In this document: one piece after another, positions 37,046 to 49,035 of the stretch
How positions within the stretch are numbered: position 1 is the stretch's first letter
Layout of the letters: each line of letters opens with the position of its first letter
Assembly: GCF_963921235.1 (NCBI RefSeq)
Contig: NC_086125.1
Coordinates: 28,582,001 to 28,646,000 of the forward strand
Origin: Mobula hypostoma
Taxonomy: Eukaryota
DNA length: 64,000 nt
Direction of reading: 5' to 3'
Notes under the pieces: model-generated
The model's input: the letters and a program-made list of their open reading frames with translations, nothing else
What the model was told of the DNA's origin: nothing
Database searches by the model: none
Position numbers and translations under genes: made by a program

Positions 37046-37791
37046 TCTACGTTCAACTGGTTTTCACCAGGATGGAGTTTCCCGCCATCATGTTATTGAC
37101 CTGTAACGATTGCCTGTCCACAGACAAATGCAATCGCTCAGCGCTCTAAGCACAATGTCTGTATTTGGAAAGCCACATTCTTAAAACAAATGCATGGTTG
37201 ACATTATGAATTAAATCAGAGTTCCAGCCAAGATGCTGTAATCGGGTCCCCGGAGTGAGACATGAATCCATAATTTGTTGATCCAGAGGCAGAGGTCATA
37301 GGTACAGTGCTCAGAAGAAGTATTGAGTTCTGCAGCTTGTTGGCTTTCAGATGAAATGTTCAGCTGAAACACTGCAGTTCCCATGAAGTCAGAATGAAAT
37401 ACTGCACAGCGCTGTTGAAGACAATAGCCCTTGAAGAATCATAAGGCTATGAGAACTGAAAAGTGAGAATAAGGCAATGTCCATTCTTGGGCCCATGGGG
37501 ACACAGTGGACCAACTGGTGCCTACAGCCCTAAAGTACAAACCTCAAAGTTCAAAGTAAATTCATTGTCAAAGTACGGATAATGTACGTCACCGGGTATT
37601 ACCCTGAGATTCTTTTTCTTGCAGCCATTCACAGTAGAACAAAGAAGTTCCAGAACTCCAGAGTGCCAGTGTGCAAATGAAGATGAAGTGTGCATTTATC
37701 AAGAGAAAAATACTGAGAATATGAGTTATAAGCAACACACACAAAATGCTGGTGAACGCAGCAGGTCAGGCAGCATCTATAGGAAGGGGTA

Positions 37792-37829
37792 CAGTCGACG
37801 TTTCGGGCCAGGACCCTTCGTCAGGACTA
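37792..37829 (-). ncRNA. Minimal type I hammerhead ribozyme motif (PLE-associated)
   Basis: RNA uaguc-CUGACGA-a-gggu(ccug)gccc-GAAA-c-GUC-gacug; stem I uaguc/gacug. Confidence 0.75.
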
Positions 37830-38299
37830 ACTGAAAGAAGAGATAGTAAGAGATTTGGAAGTGGGAGGGGGAGGGGGAGATCCAAAATGATAGAAGACGG
37901 GAGGAGAGGGGTGGATCTAAGAGCTGGAGAAGGGAGAGGACCATGAGGAGAAAGAGAAAGGGGGAGGGGAGCCCGGAGGGTGGAGAGCAGGCAAGGAGTT
38001 ATAGTGAGAGGGACAGAGGGAGAAAAAAGAGAGAGAAAAAAAGGGGAAAAAAAAACATTTTTTACATTGAGTTGCTGACAACAGATTTCTCCCCTTAAGA
38101 TTTTACACATGACATCGGTATTGTATTTCACTCTATATCATGATTTAAACCCCTTCTCTTTCTTGCCAGGCTTCCCGTCCCATGATCCTCTCCCTTCTCC
38201 AGCTCTTAGATCCACCGCTCCCCTTCAGTCTTCCCCTATCACTTTGGATCTCCCCCTCCCACTTCCACTTCCAAATCTCTGACTATCTCTTCTTTCAGT

Positions 38300-38337
38300 T
38301 AGTCCTGACGAAGGGTCTCGGCCCGAAACGTCGACTG
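38300..38337 (+). ncRNA. Minimal type I hammerhead ribozyme motif (PLE-associated)
   Basis: uaguc-CUGACGA(38305-11)-a-gggu(cucg)gccc-GAAA(38325-28)-c-GUC-gacug; predicted cleavage after C38332. Confidence 0.78.
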
Positions 38338-38477
38338 TACCTCTTCCTAGAGATGCCACCTGACCTACTGCATTCACCAGCATTTTTTTGTGTGTGTTGC
38401 TTAGATTTCCAGCATCTGCAGATCTCCTCGTATAAGAGTTATAAAGAGTCTTTGAAAGTAAGTCTATACAGTATATC

Positions 38478-40490
38478 AAAAACACAAGAAAATCTGCANN
38501 NNNNNNNNNNNNNNNNNNNNNNNNNNNNNNNNNNNNNNNNNNNNNNNNNNNNNNNNNNNNNNNNNNNNNNNNNNNNNNNNNNNNNNNNNNNNNNNNNNNN
38601 NNNNNNNNNNNNNNNNNNNNNNNNNNNNNNNNNNNNNNNNNNNNNNNNNNNNNNNNNNNNNNNNNNNNNNNNNNNNNNNNNNNNNNNNNNNNNNNNNNNN
38701 NNNNNNNNNNNNNNNNNNNNNNNNNNNNNNNNNNNNNNNNNNNNNNNNNNNNNNNNNNNNNNNNNNNNNNNNNNNNNNNNNNNNNNNNNNNNNNNNNNNN
38801 NNNNNNNNNNNNNNNNNNNNNNNNNNNNNNNNNNNNNNNNNNNNNNNNNNNNNNNNNNNNNNNNNNNNNNNNNNNNNNNNNNNNNNNNNNNNNNNNNNNN
38901 NNNNNNNNNNNNNNNNNNNNNNNNNNNNNNNCTCAGGCAGCATCTATGGAATTAAATAAACAGTTGACTTTTTGAGCTGAGACCCTTCATCAGGACTGGA
39001 AAGAGGTGGGGGGTGTTGGTTGGAGATACCAGGTTAAAACAGTGGGGGGGGGGCGGGGAGGGAATGAGCTGGAAGGTGATAGGTGAAGCCAGTTGGTTGG
39101 GGAAGGTAAAGTGCTGGAGAGGAAAGAATCTGATAAGAGAGGAGAGCGGACAACAGGAGAAAGGGAGCAGTGGCACCAGGGAGAGGTGATAGGCAGATGG
39201 GAAAAGGTAAGAAGCCAGGATTGGGAAACAGAAGAAGAGGAGAGGGGAAGGGGAACATTTTTTACCAAAAGGAGAAATTGTCATGCCATCAGGTTGGAGG
39301 CTACCCAGATAGAATATTAGATATTATTCCTCCACCCAGAGTGTGGCCTCATTGTAGTTCAGGAGGAGGCCATGGACCAACGTGGCGGAATAGGAATGGG
39401 AATCGGAATTGAAATGATTGGCCACTGGGAAGTTGCACTTTTGGCAGATGGACTGGAGGTGTTCAACAAAGTGGTCTTCCGACTTATGACGGGCCTCACC
39501 AATGTAGAAGCCACATTGGGAGCACCGGACACAATAGACAACCCCAGCAGATTCGCAAGCGAAGTGTTGCCTGGCCTGGAAGAACAGTTTGAGACCCTGA
39601 ATGGAGCAGAGGGAGGAGGTGAATGGGCAGGGTTACCACTTCAGGTGCTTGCAGGGATAAATGCCAGGAGGGAGATTAGTTGGAAGGGGCAAATGGGCAA
39701 GGGAATGATGGAGGGAATGATCCCTGTGTAAAGTAAAGAGTTGGGGAAGGTAAAGTTACATTTGGTGGTAGGATCTCTTTGGAGAAGGCAAAAGATGCAG
39801 AGAATAATTGTTGGATGCGAAGGCTCATGGACAGTAAGTAAGGACAAGAGGAACCATCACTGTTAAGGCAGTGGGAGATGGGGTGAACACAACTTGTCCT
39901 GGGAATGGAGATGCGGATGAGGGCAGCATCGATGGTGGAGGAAGGGAAATCCCAATCTTTGGAGACATCTCTGATATCCTGGAAAGGAAAGCCACATCCT
40001 GGGAACAGATGCGGCAGAGATGAAAGTACTGAGAAAAGGGAATTGCAGTTTTACAGGAGACAGGGTGGGAAGAAGTATCGCCAAGGTAGCTGTAGAAATA
40101 TGTAGATTATAAAAGATGTCAATCGACAGTTTGTCTCCAAAGATAGAGACAAAGAGATGGAAAATGGTGAGGGAGGTGTCAGAAATGGACCAAGTGAATT
40201 TAAGGACAGGGTGGAAGTTGGAGGCAAAGTTGATGAAATTGATGAGCTCAGCATAGGTGCTTGCTGCAGCACTGATGCCATCACCAATGTAGCGAAGGAA
40301 GAGTTGAGGAGGCTCACAACATGGACCTTTCTACGTAGCCAATGAAAAGGCAGGCATTGCTAAGGCCCATGCAGGGGTCCATGGCTACCTCTTGAGTCTG
40401 GAGAAAGTGGGAGGAGCTGAAGGAAAAATTGTTGAGGATGAGGCCCAGTTCTGCCAGACAGAGGAGAGTGGTAATGGAGGGAAATTGGTT
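38478..40490 (-). mobile_element. Penelope-like element: decayed RT, GIY-YIG endonuclease and pLTR
   Basis: Minus-strand QTQEVAMDPCMGLSNACLFIGYVE (~40330-40400), LFLRYIGDGI (decayed YIDD, ~40280-40305), YCVRCSQCGFYIGE...HFVEHL (GIY-YIG, ~39450-39540); pLTR with decayed hammerhead at 38961-38998. Confidence 0.9.
38499..38931. other. Assembly gap (433 N)
   Basis: N run. Confidence 1.
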
Positions 40491-41324
40491 GGTGTTTTAT
40501 ACTATATGTACAGTATATGTACCGATAATCATGTACAATGTACAGTACACATGATAAATAAGCGAATCTGAATCTGATTCATCCATACCTACTTGAACTA
40601 GTCCCTTTTGCCATGTTTGGTCCATAAAAGTTTATAGATATAGATTGATTGCCATTGACTGATCTTAAAGTAGGTTAAAAGGTCGACACAGTATCATACT
40701 GTGCTGTAATGTTGTATGTTTTATGTTCAAATGCCATTTAAATGTCGTTACTGGACCTTTCTCAAGTGTTACCACAGTGACAGTGACTTACTTCTTCACT
40801 TTTGTGTAACTTTTCCTGCGTTACCACAGCGACAGCCCTTTATTTCACCAGTTCTGACGTGCTTGAGGACAGCTGGTGACAGTGAAAAGTGCAGTTCAGA
40901 CCTGAATCTTTCTTTCATTATGAGCCTGTCAAAGAGTTTTCCCACAATGTGTCAACATCTGCATCGAAGAATCATGCTGCCCCCTGCTTAAGGCCAACAG
41001 TTTTTCTTCCTGCAAACAGCACTGAGAAACACTCTGCTGATCCTCAGTCTAACCCACTGGACTGTCAAGAATTAAGAGGCCCAGATCCAAAGGGCAGCAA
41101 GGAATTACTCACAAAGGTCAGTGTGTTGTATATTAAAGATTGTCTTAATTCAGTGTTGTATATTTATTTAAAAACCCAAGCTCAGCCTAAAGATATGTTC
41201 AGAGAAACTGAACGTTGTCACTTGTGAACTGAAATACTCCACTTCTTGGTGGGGGCTTTGTTCTGAATAGAATCAATGATCAATCTAAAATGTTCTGGCC
41301 AACTGATTGCTGAACTCAAGAAAG

Positions 41325-41625
41325 ATGAGCTTTATTGCCACATGGACTTCGAAACAACAGTGAGATGCATCACTTCCGTCGATGACAACCACAGTCTGAG
41401 GATGCGCTGGGGGCAGCCAGCAAGTGTTGCCTCACGTTTGGCACCAACATAGCATGTCCACAACTTGCTAAACCTAACCCTAACCCGTGGGAACGTGGGA
41501 GAGAAATGAAGCACCTGGAGGAAACGGGAAGAACATACAAACTCATGACTGGTAGTGGTGAGGATTGCACCCTGTTCAGAGATCACTGACGCCGTAAGGC
41601 TGATAATGGACAATGCACTGCCCCT
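41325..41625 (-). mobile_element. tRNA-derived SINE
   Basis: Reverse complement of the family seen at 32105 and 58289. Confidence 0.7.
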
Positions 41626-41879
41626 ACCCCAGGGGCACCTGGGCATGAGTTCATCCATGGAAGAAAGGGAATCACCCCACCTCCTCCCAGCACAGCACAC
41701 TCCTGCACATGTGAGTGGCCACCTCGGGCAGGCCCAGGCACTGACTGACAAGAAATATCCTGAGTTTACCACCGAATCTGAGGATTTCCACATACCTTCT
41801 CCACACTTTGGAAGGTCAAACTTCCAGACAGAGTTAATGGATCATTCGTAGCCTGGAGGAACAGAGGGATTTTGGCATC

Positions 41880-42930
41880 TACATCGATAGATGACCCTCT
41901 TGGGGAGATGAAGTGATGGTAGCATTTGGCCTTCCTGAGAAACATTCTGAACTAGTTACTTGTAACTATAGATCTCTTTCCCATTTCTGTTCATAATGAG
42001 TCAAGCCTCTTCGTTGGTCCCACCAGAGATCCACATGCCCCCCCCCATGTGATAACCAAAGTGACTCATCATCAAAATGAAACGGGTACAGGTGTTGGGG
42101 CGACACACTAGAGGCCGTATATATGGACAATGAATGTGGATGGAACAGTTAGAGCTGCATAAACATGTTCCTTTAATGGTGTTTGGATGTAACAAGTGCC
42201 CCAGTACAACGAATCAGTCCAAAAGCACTGTTGTGATTAGATACCACTTGTCCAGGAATGCAGACATGCCAGTGGTTAACTTGGAAATAGCTACGTGTTC
42301 CAGATGTCCAGTGAAGTGGGTGGAAGGATGGCTGGTCGTGGTTCAGAAGGCAAGCAGGAGCTGATGGAAGTGGAAGGCCAGACTGTACTTGGGGATTCAT
42401 ATCGGATCAACACCCTGGTGGTCGCCATGGGCTCCCATTGATGCTTAGCTCCGACTCTGTCCTGCATCGACTGTGGGCAGAATCCGGCTACCTGCCTAGA
42501 GGTCCGTGTGGACCTTGCACTGAAGGAAATGACTGCTAAGTGTTGAACTGGTAGTCAGGAGGGGAAGATGATGTCAAAGTCCCATCATAAATAATGGCAA
42601 GTGAGTATCGGAGGTCGCAGTCACCAGAGAGGCGATATCAGGTTACCATTCCTCGATGTGGAGGAGCCATCCTCGGGCAGTGGGCAGAGACTGTGTAGAC
42701 CATTCACTGCTCCAGAGGTCGAGGTGCAGATACGGCACTGCACTAGGATGTTGTCCATCCTATACGAAAGTGCCCACCCAGGCAAAGACGTGCATAATGG
42801 TCCACTGAGATGTGTGCGTAAGGCAAATTGGGACACTTATGCTGATGAACTCATTTCGCTTTGCATATGTCGAGGCTTGGCTGCTTTCCTTTCTCAGCCG
42901 CGTGCTTCGTGTTTGCTGTTATTGTAACAA
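41880..42930 (-). mobile_element. Possible highly decayed Gypsy-type internal remnant
   Basis: Fragmentary minus-strand resemblance to the protease region (DGSS...WDFDII) near 42480-42680; CpG-richer than the flanks; no intact ORF. Confidence 0.35.
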
Positions 42931-43084
42931 CTCGGTTATTTCAATAAATTAAATAAACAGCAACGTTGAGAAGGGCAGGTTACCGTGTGGGACGTCACAG
43001 CACCAGACTCTACTCTCTGCCATTATCTGTGAAGCTCACGTTCCCTAACCCATAAGACTGGCCATACGCTTCACAGCCCCAACA

Positions 43085-43820
43085 TCAAGCAAACGTTGAC
43101 GTAACAGCCTTCACCACTGGGCATTCCACTGTTTCCCTCGCTAGAGTGGTAGGGACTGGATTGATCAGTAGATGCACCACCTTAAACTGCGAAAAATACA
43201 CTATGTCATCTGTGAATGATATGATCTCAAATAGCCACACAAGTTGATAAGGGTGCTTAAGAAGGCATATGGTGTTTTGGCCTTTATTAGTGCTCAAGAG
43301 TCATGAGGTAGTATAAAACCCTTGGAGTACTATGTTCAGTTCTGGGCATCTCATCTTAGGAAGGGTGTGGAAGCTTTAGAGAGGGTGTAGTGGAGATTTA
43401 GCAGAGCACAATACCTATGAAGAAAGGCTAAGAGAGCTACAGGCTTTTCTCTTTGGAGTGAAAATGAAAGAGAGGAGATTTGTTAGAGGTCTATAAGATG
43501 ATATGAGGCATAGACAGAGTGGACAGGCATAAGCTTTCTAGCAGGGCAGAAGTGCTAGAAGATATATTTTAAGATGATTGTTGAAATGTATAGGGGGGAT
43601 GTCAGAGGTAGGTTTTATTTTAACACAGAGTGGTTGGTGCATAGAACACCCTGCCAGGAGTGGTGGTAGAGACAGGTACATTAGGAACATTTAAAAGACT
43701 CTGAGATAGGAACAATGGATGAAATAAGATTTTTTGGAGGTTTTTTTTTGGAGTAAGCTGAAAGGTCAACACAACATCATGGGCCAAAGGGCCTGCACTG
43801 TGCTGTTCTATTCCATGTTC
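43085..43820 (+). mobile_element. CR1 3' portion
   Basis: gaaggcatatggtgttttggcctttattag...gggcctgcactgtgctgttcta. Confidence 0.75.
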
Positions 43821-43942
43821 CATTTTCTATTACCCATATCCCACCATTCCCTGCATATTCATGTCCTTATCTAAAAGTGTTTTGAATACCACTCGCACAT
43901 CTGCCTCTGCCACCACCCTGTGTTGTATTGTTCTATGTTCTA

Positions 43943-44486
43943 TACCAGGTGGCCACTTTATTAGATACCTCCTGTACTGAATCAAGTGGCCTTTGAGTGT
44001 ATATCTGTGGTCTTCTGCTGCTGTAGCCCATCCACGTCAAGCTTCGATGTGTTGTGCATTCAGAAATGCTCTTCTGTACACCACTATTGTAATGTATGGC
44101 TATTTTTGAGATACTGTGGCCTCCCCGTCAGCTTGAAGCAGTTTGGCCATTCTCCTCTAATCTCTCTCATTAACAAGGCTTTTTCACCCACAGAACTGCT
44201 GCTCACTGGACAATTTTTTGGGTTTTTTTTGCCCCATTCTAGAGACTGCTGTGCCTTTCTGAGATACTCAAACCACCTCATCAAGCACCAACAATTATTC
44301 CATGGTCAAAGTCACTTAGATCGCATTTCTTCCCCATTCTCATGTTTGGTCTAAACAACAACTGAACCTCTTGACCATGTCTACATGCTTTTATGCACTG
44401 AGTTGCTGCCACATAATTGAACAATTAGAAAACTGTATAAACGAGCAGGTGTACGGGTATACCTAATAAGGTGGCCACAGAGGCAT
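43943..44486 (-). mobile_element. Internally deleted Tc1-like DNA transposon
   Basis: Terminal inverted repeats gtggccactttattag (43949) and ctaataaggtggccac (44463-44478); minus-strand transposase relic WMGYSSRRP. Confidence 0.8.
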
Positions 44487-45809
44487 GTTGTATGTTCTAT
44501 GTGCTACGTTCCATACTCTGATATGGGGTGAGGAAAGTGTTTATCTGGACTCAGCCCCAGTTGACTGAAACACCTAGCAAATGGTCCCTTCAGGGTGAAA
44601 GTCTTCAGCTGTAATACGTGGGCAAAAAAAAAACTAACTGAACTCACTTGAAGTGAGTGAAAACGTTCTGTTTCTCCGAAACTTACTTTGGGCTGAGAAC
44701 CTTAGATTATTAAAGAATTACAGGCCTCCTACAGGGAAGTAAAACCACAACCACAGCAAACCACAGCCAAGCCCCAGACTAAATTTATATACTCTGTGTA
44801 AACCATCCTAAATTATGGTTAGAGTAATGTTCTGTGCTTATTGAATTAACCATTGTCTATCTGCCCCTATGACCTCCCCAAAGTGAGGTTACCAAATTAA
44901 TACCCATCATTGTTGCACTGAGGGATCATGTATCTGGTTGACTCATTGACACCAGGAAGTTGATTGAGACTGACAGGTTTGTCCTCTGTGTAAAAGAATA
45001 AATTGTACGTTGTTTTTAACATGACTTTCATACTGAAACCACTCCCCAAAATAGAACGTGTTGAGCTCCAATTGAAAGTGACCAAAGACATTCAGAAAAT
45101 AATTGGTATGAAGCTCCCCCCCAACAGCCGTCTCCATGTACCAAGCATAAGAGAGCTGAGGCACACTTTAAAGTCTTTTTCAAAGTTTCTTCTCTCTCTG
45201 GTGCCTCACTCTTTCCCCGACTTAATTCAGTGCAGAGTGCTTTCTTGGTAACACTGATCCCAGGTGGGATGCATTACGCAAAGAACTTGATTGCAATAGC
45301 AATTTTTTGCAAGCTAGTGTTCATGATAATATATCCCACCTGGCAGTGTTTTTAATGGAAAACCTGGCCACAATTATGCAGTCCTTCAGCGGAAAGGGAG
45401 CAGACTGTCGCCGCCCATGTGGTGAAACATGGTAGGGCTGCAGCTTCCCATCCCTTACATAGGTCTGCTTTGTGTATAAACTACAGCGAGTTCAGGGTTC
45501 ATTTATTACCTCCTGTGTCAGTTTACAGGAAGAGTGTGGACCAAGTATAAACTCTCACCAAGCTGGGTTAAAGACAGGCAGTATAAGTCACCCAAGATGC
45601 TCTTTTAGTCTACATTTTAAAATCATTTGTTCTCCAACAGACTCAAATACAGTTACTTTCCTCATGCAGTCAGACTGATCAACACCACCACTCACTAACC
45701 CATCACTCCACACCCGCACCTCCACTACCTTATCATTTCCTGCCAGAAGCACCTTATGTACAAACTAGCATCACTTCATGTATGTACAATCAATCTGCAG
45801 TATGTATAT

Positions 45810-46580
45810 AAGTCCCCACCATTGAGGACATCTTCAAAAGGTGATGTCTCAAGAGGACGCCAGGACTCTCACTACCCAAGGCATATCCTCATTACTACCA
45901 TCAGAGAGGAGGTACAGAAACCCGAAGACACACACTCGATATATTTAGGAACAGCTACTCTTCACTGGGAAATCATAGATGAAGAGAGCCAGCAACTTTA
46001 AATTCCTCAGTGTTATCATTTCAGAGGACCTGTCCTGGGCCCAGCTCATAAGTGCAATTCTGAAGAAAGTAATAGAGTCCATCATAGGTAAAGCCCTTCT
46101 CATCACTGAACACACCTACATGGAGCATTGTCACAGGAAAGGAGCATCCATCATCAGGGACTCCCCACAGCCAGGTCACCTCTCTGCTGCCATCAGAAAG
46201 AAACAACAGGAGCCTCAGGACTAACACCACCAGGTTCAGGACCAGTTGTGACCTCTCAACTATCAGACTCTTGAACCAAAGAGGATAACTTCACTTGTCC
46301 CTTCATTGAAATGTTCTTAGAACCTATAGACTCACTTTCAAGGTCTCTTCATCTCATGTTTTTGATATTTGTAGTTTGTTTGTTTGTTTATCTATTATTT
46401 CTTTTTTTCTTTCTTTTTGTAATGGTACACTTTGTTGTCTTGTAAACACTGGTTGTCCAGCCTGATGGTGAAGTTTTTCAGTGATTCCACTATGGTTATT
46501 GGATTTATTGAGTAGGCCTACAAGAAAACGAATCTCAAAGTTGTATATAATGATATATATGATGGACTTTGTAATGAGAT
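45810..46580 (+). mobile_element. Rex1-like LINE 3' fragments
   Basis: SNFKFLSVIISEDLSWAQ and EHCHRKGASIIRD. Confidence 0.75.
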
Positions 46581-46792
46581 AGCTTGGGATTGCCAACATC
46601 TCCAACCCTGAATTTATATGCAGCCTTTGTCTTACAGTTGTTCATCACATGTATGTACTCAACTGTAAGAATTATCACATAATGAAAATGTAAACACCAG
46701 AATGCCTACAGATGCTGGAAATCCAGAGCAACTCACACACAAAATGCTGGAGGAACTCAGCAGATCAGGCAGTATCTACGGTAGTGAATAGA

Positions 46793-46830
46793 TAGTCGAC
46801 GTTTCAGGCCAAGATCCTTCTTCAGGACTG
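46793..46830 (-). ncRNA. Hammerhead motif with intact core and weakened stem II
   Basis: caguc-CUGAAGA-a-ggau(cuug)gccu-GAAA-c-GUC-gacua. Confidence 0.55.
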
Positions 46831-47087
46831 AGAAAGAAGGGGGAGGATGCCTGAATGAAAAGGTGGGGCGAGGGGAAGGAAGCTAGCTGGAAGGTGATAG
46901 GTGAATCCATCAAGGGTCAGAGAAGAAGGAATCTGATAGGAGAGGAGAGTGGACAATAAGTGAAAGAGAAAGAGGAGGGGACCCAGGGGGAAGTTATAAC
47001 CAGGTGAGATGAGGTAAAAGGTCAGCATGAAAAATGGGTGGGGGTGGGTAATTTGCTTACTGGAAGGAGAAAGCGATTTTATGCCGT

Positions 47088-48227
47088 CATAAGACCATAA
47101 GACATAGGAGCAGAATTAGGCCATCTGGCCCATTAAGTCTGCTCTGCCATTCAATCTGGCTGATCTTTTTTCCCTCTCCTCCTCAATCCCAGTTTCTGGC
47201 CTTCTCCGCATAACCTTTGATGCCATGTCCAATATAGAACCTATCAATTTTGACCTGACCTCCACAACTGCATATTGCAACAGATTCCACAAATTCACCA
47301 CCCTTTGGGTAAAGAAATTTCTCCATATCTCTGTTTTGAAAGGGCGCCCCTCTATCCTGATGCTGTGCCCTCTTGTCCTAGACTCTCCCACCTTGGGAAT
47401 CATCCTTTCACACCTACTCTGTCCAGGTCTTTCAATATTCGAAAGGTTTCAATGAGATCCCCCCTCATCCTTCTGAATTCCAGTGAGTACAGACCCCGAA
47501 CCATCAAACGTTCCTCATATGATGACCCTTTCATTCCTGGAATCATTCTTGTGAACCGCCTCTGGACCCTCTCCAATGCCAGCACATCTTTTCTATGAAG
47601 AGGGGCCAAAAACTGTTCACAATACTCAAGGTGAGGCCTCACCAGTGTCTTATACAGCGTCAGCATCACATCCTTCCTCTTGTATTCTAGACCTCTTGAA
47701 ATGAATGCTAACATTGCATTTGCCTTCCTCACCACCGACTCAACCTGCAAGTTAACCTTCAGGGTGTTCTGCACAAGGACTCCCAAGTCCCTCTGCATCT
47801 CAGATTCCTGGATTTTCTCCTCATTTAGAAAATAGCCCGCACATTTATTTCTACTACCAAAGTGCACGGCCCTGCATTTTCCAACATTGTATTTCATTTG
47901 TCACTTTCTTGCCCATTCTCCTAATCAGTCTTTGTCCTTCTGCATTCTACCTGTTTCCTCAACACTATCTGTTCATCTACCAATCCTTGTATCATCTGCA
48001 AACTTGGCAACAAAACCATCTATTCCATCTTCTAAATCATTGATATACAGCATAAAAAGAAGCCAACACCAACCCCTGCAGAACACCACTAGTCACTGGC
48101 AGCTACCCACTTGCTGCCTTCTACCAATCAGTCAATGCTCTAACCATGTTCGTAAATTATCTGTAATACCATGAGCTCATAACTTTTAAAGAAGCCTCAC
48201 GTGTGGCACCTTGTCAAAGGCCTTCTG
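47088..48227 (-). mobile_element. CR1 family A RT and 3' end
   Basis: 165-aa ORF 47400-47897 ...LVRPHLEYCEQF...RRMRGDLIETFRI; cataagaccataagacata tail. Confidence 0.92.
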
Positions 48228-48879
48228 AACAGGCCTTCAGGTTGCATGCTACCCAGATGGAATATTAGGTGTTGCTCCTCTATCCTGAGGCTAACCTCAT
48301 CTTGTCACAAGAGGAGACCATGGACTGACATGTATGTTGGAATGGGAATGGGAATTGGAATTAAAATGTTTGGCAACTGGGATATCCCACTTAAGGTGGA
48401 TGGTGCAGAGGTCCTGAACAAAGTGGTCCACCAATTTACAAAGGGTCTCACCAATGCAGAGGAGTCTGCATCAGGAGCACCAGACACAATAGGCAACACC
48501 AGTAGATTCACAGGTGAAGTGTTGTTCTGGTGTTAGATTTTCATCAACAATGCTTTAAAAAAATAATGCCAATATGTAAGGTATAGAAACAATCATCATC
48601 GTAGTCTTGTCCTTGGTGCTAAATTTTTATGATTAGCAGATACTTAAAGAATTTAAGCTGTACCTTTTTAGAAATTTCTGAAACTAGCCTGCTGAATATT
48701 CACAATTACCTTCAATTTTTCATTCGTGATTGATCTTGGCTTGTTTCATGATCAGTATACTACTAAGCAGCATACTGTATATGTTCACTCTGACACGGAC
48801 GATACACGACTGAGATCTTCATTTTTCGCTTTTTGCAGAGTTACCTATTTTTCATTAACTTCTGTTCATTACGTATGTG

Positions 48880-49035
48880 AGGTCACTTCCCAGATCTGTC
48901 TGTGATGTGCAGAGTCCTGAGTATTGACCAGGAAACTTCCCAGTGCCTTGTGAGATTTTCCATATGTGACATCACGTCAGTGTTAAAAAGAATTCGGATT
49001 TTGGAGGTTTTCGGATAAGGAGTACTCAACCTGTA
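48880..49035. mobile_element. Tigger/pogo-like (MER46/Zombi-type) transposon end
   Basis: Terminus ...ttttcggataaggagtactcaacctg followed by TA; the other end was not found. Confidence 0.6.

Larger units (their letters stand above)
37732..38435. mobile_element. Young inverted PLE pLTR pair flanked by 9-bp duplication gagttataa
   Basis: Minus arm 37732-~38055, ~90-bp unrelated spacer, plus arm ~38150-38435; gagttataa at 37723-37731 and 38436-38444; the host Rex1-like tail is contiguous on removal. Confidence 0.9.
46692..48530 (-). mobile_element. Penelope-like element (pLTR plus GIY-YIG remnant) split by a CR1 insertion
   Basis: pLTR 46692-47087; GIY-YIG part 48228-48530 homologous to 39285-39570. 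Confidence 0.85.

Noticed and set aside
38182-38955. 257-aa and 155-aa ORFs spanning the gap
   Set aside because: Artefacts of the N run.
41468-41487. Telomeric-like aacctaaccctaaccc
   Set aside because: Only about two units, inside a SINE body; not an interstitial telomere array.
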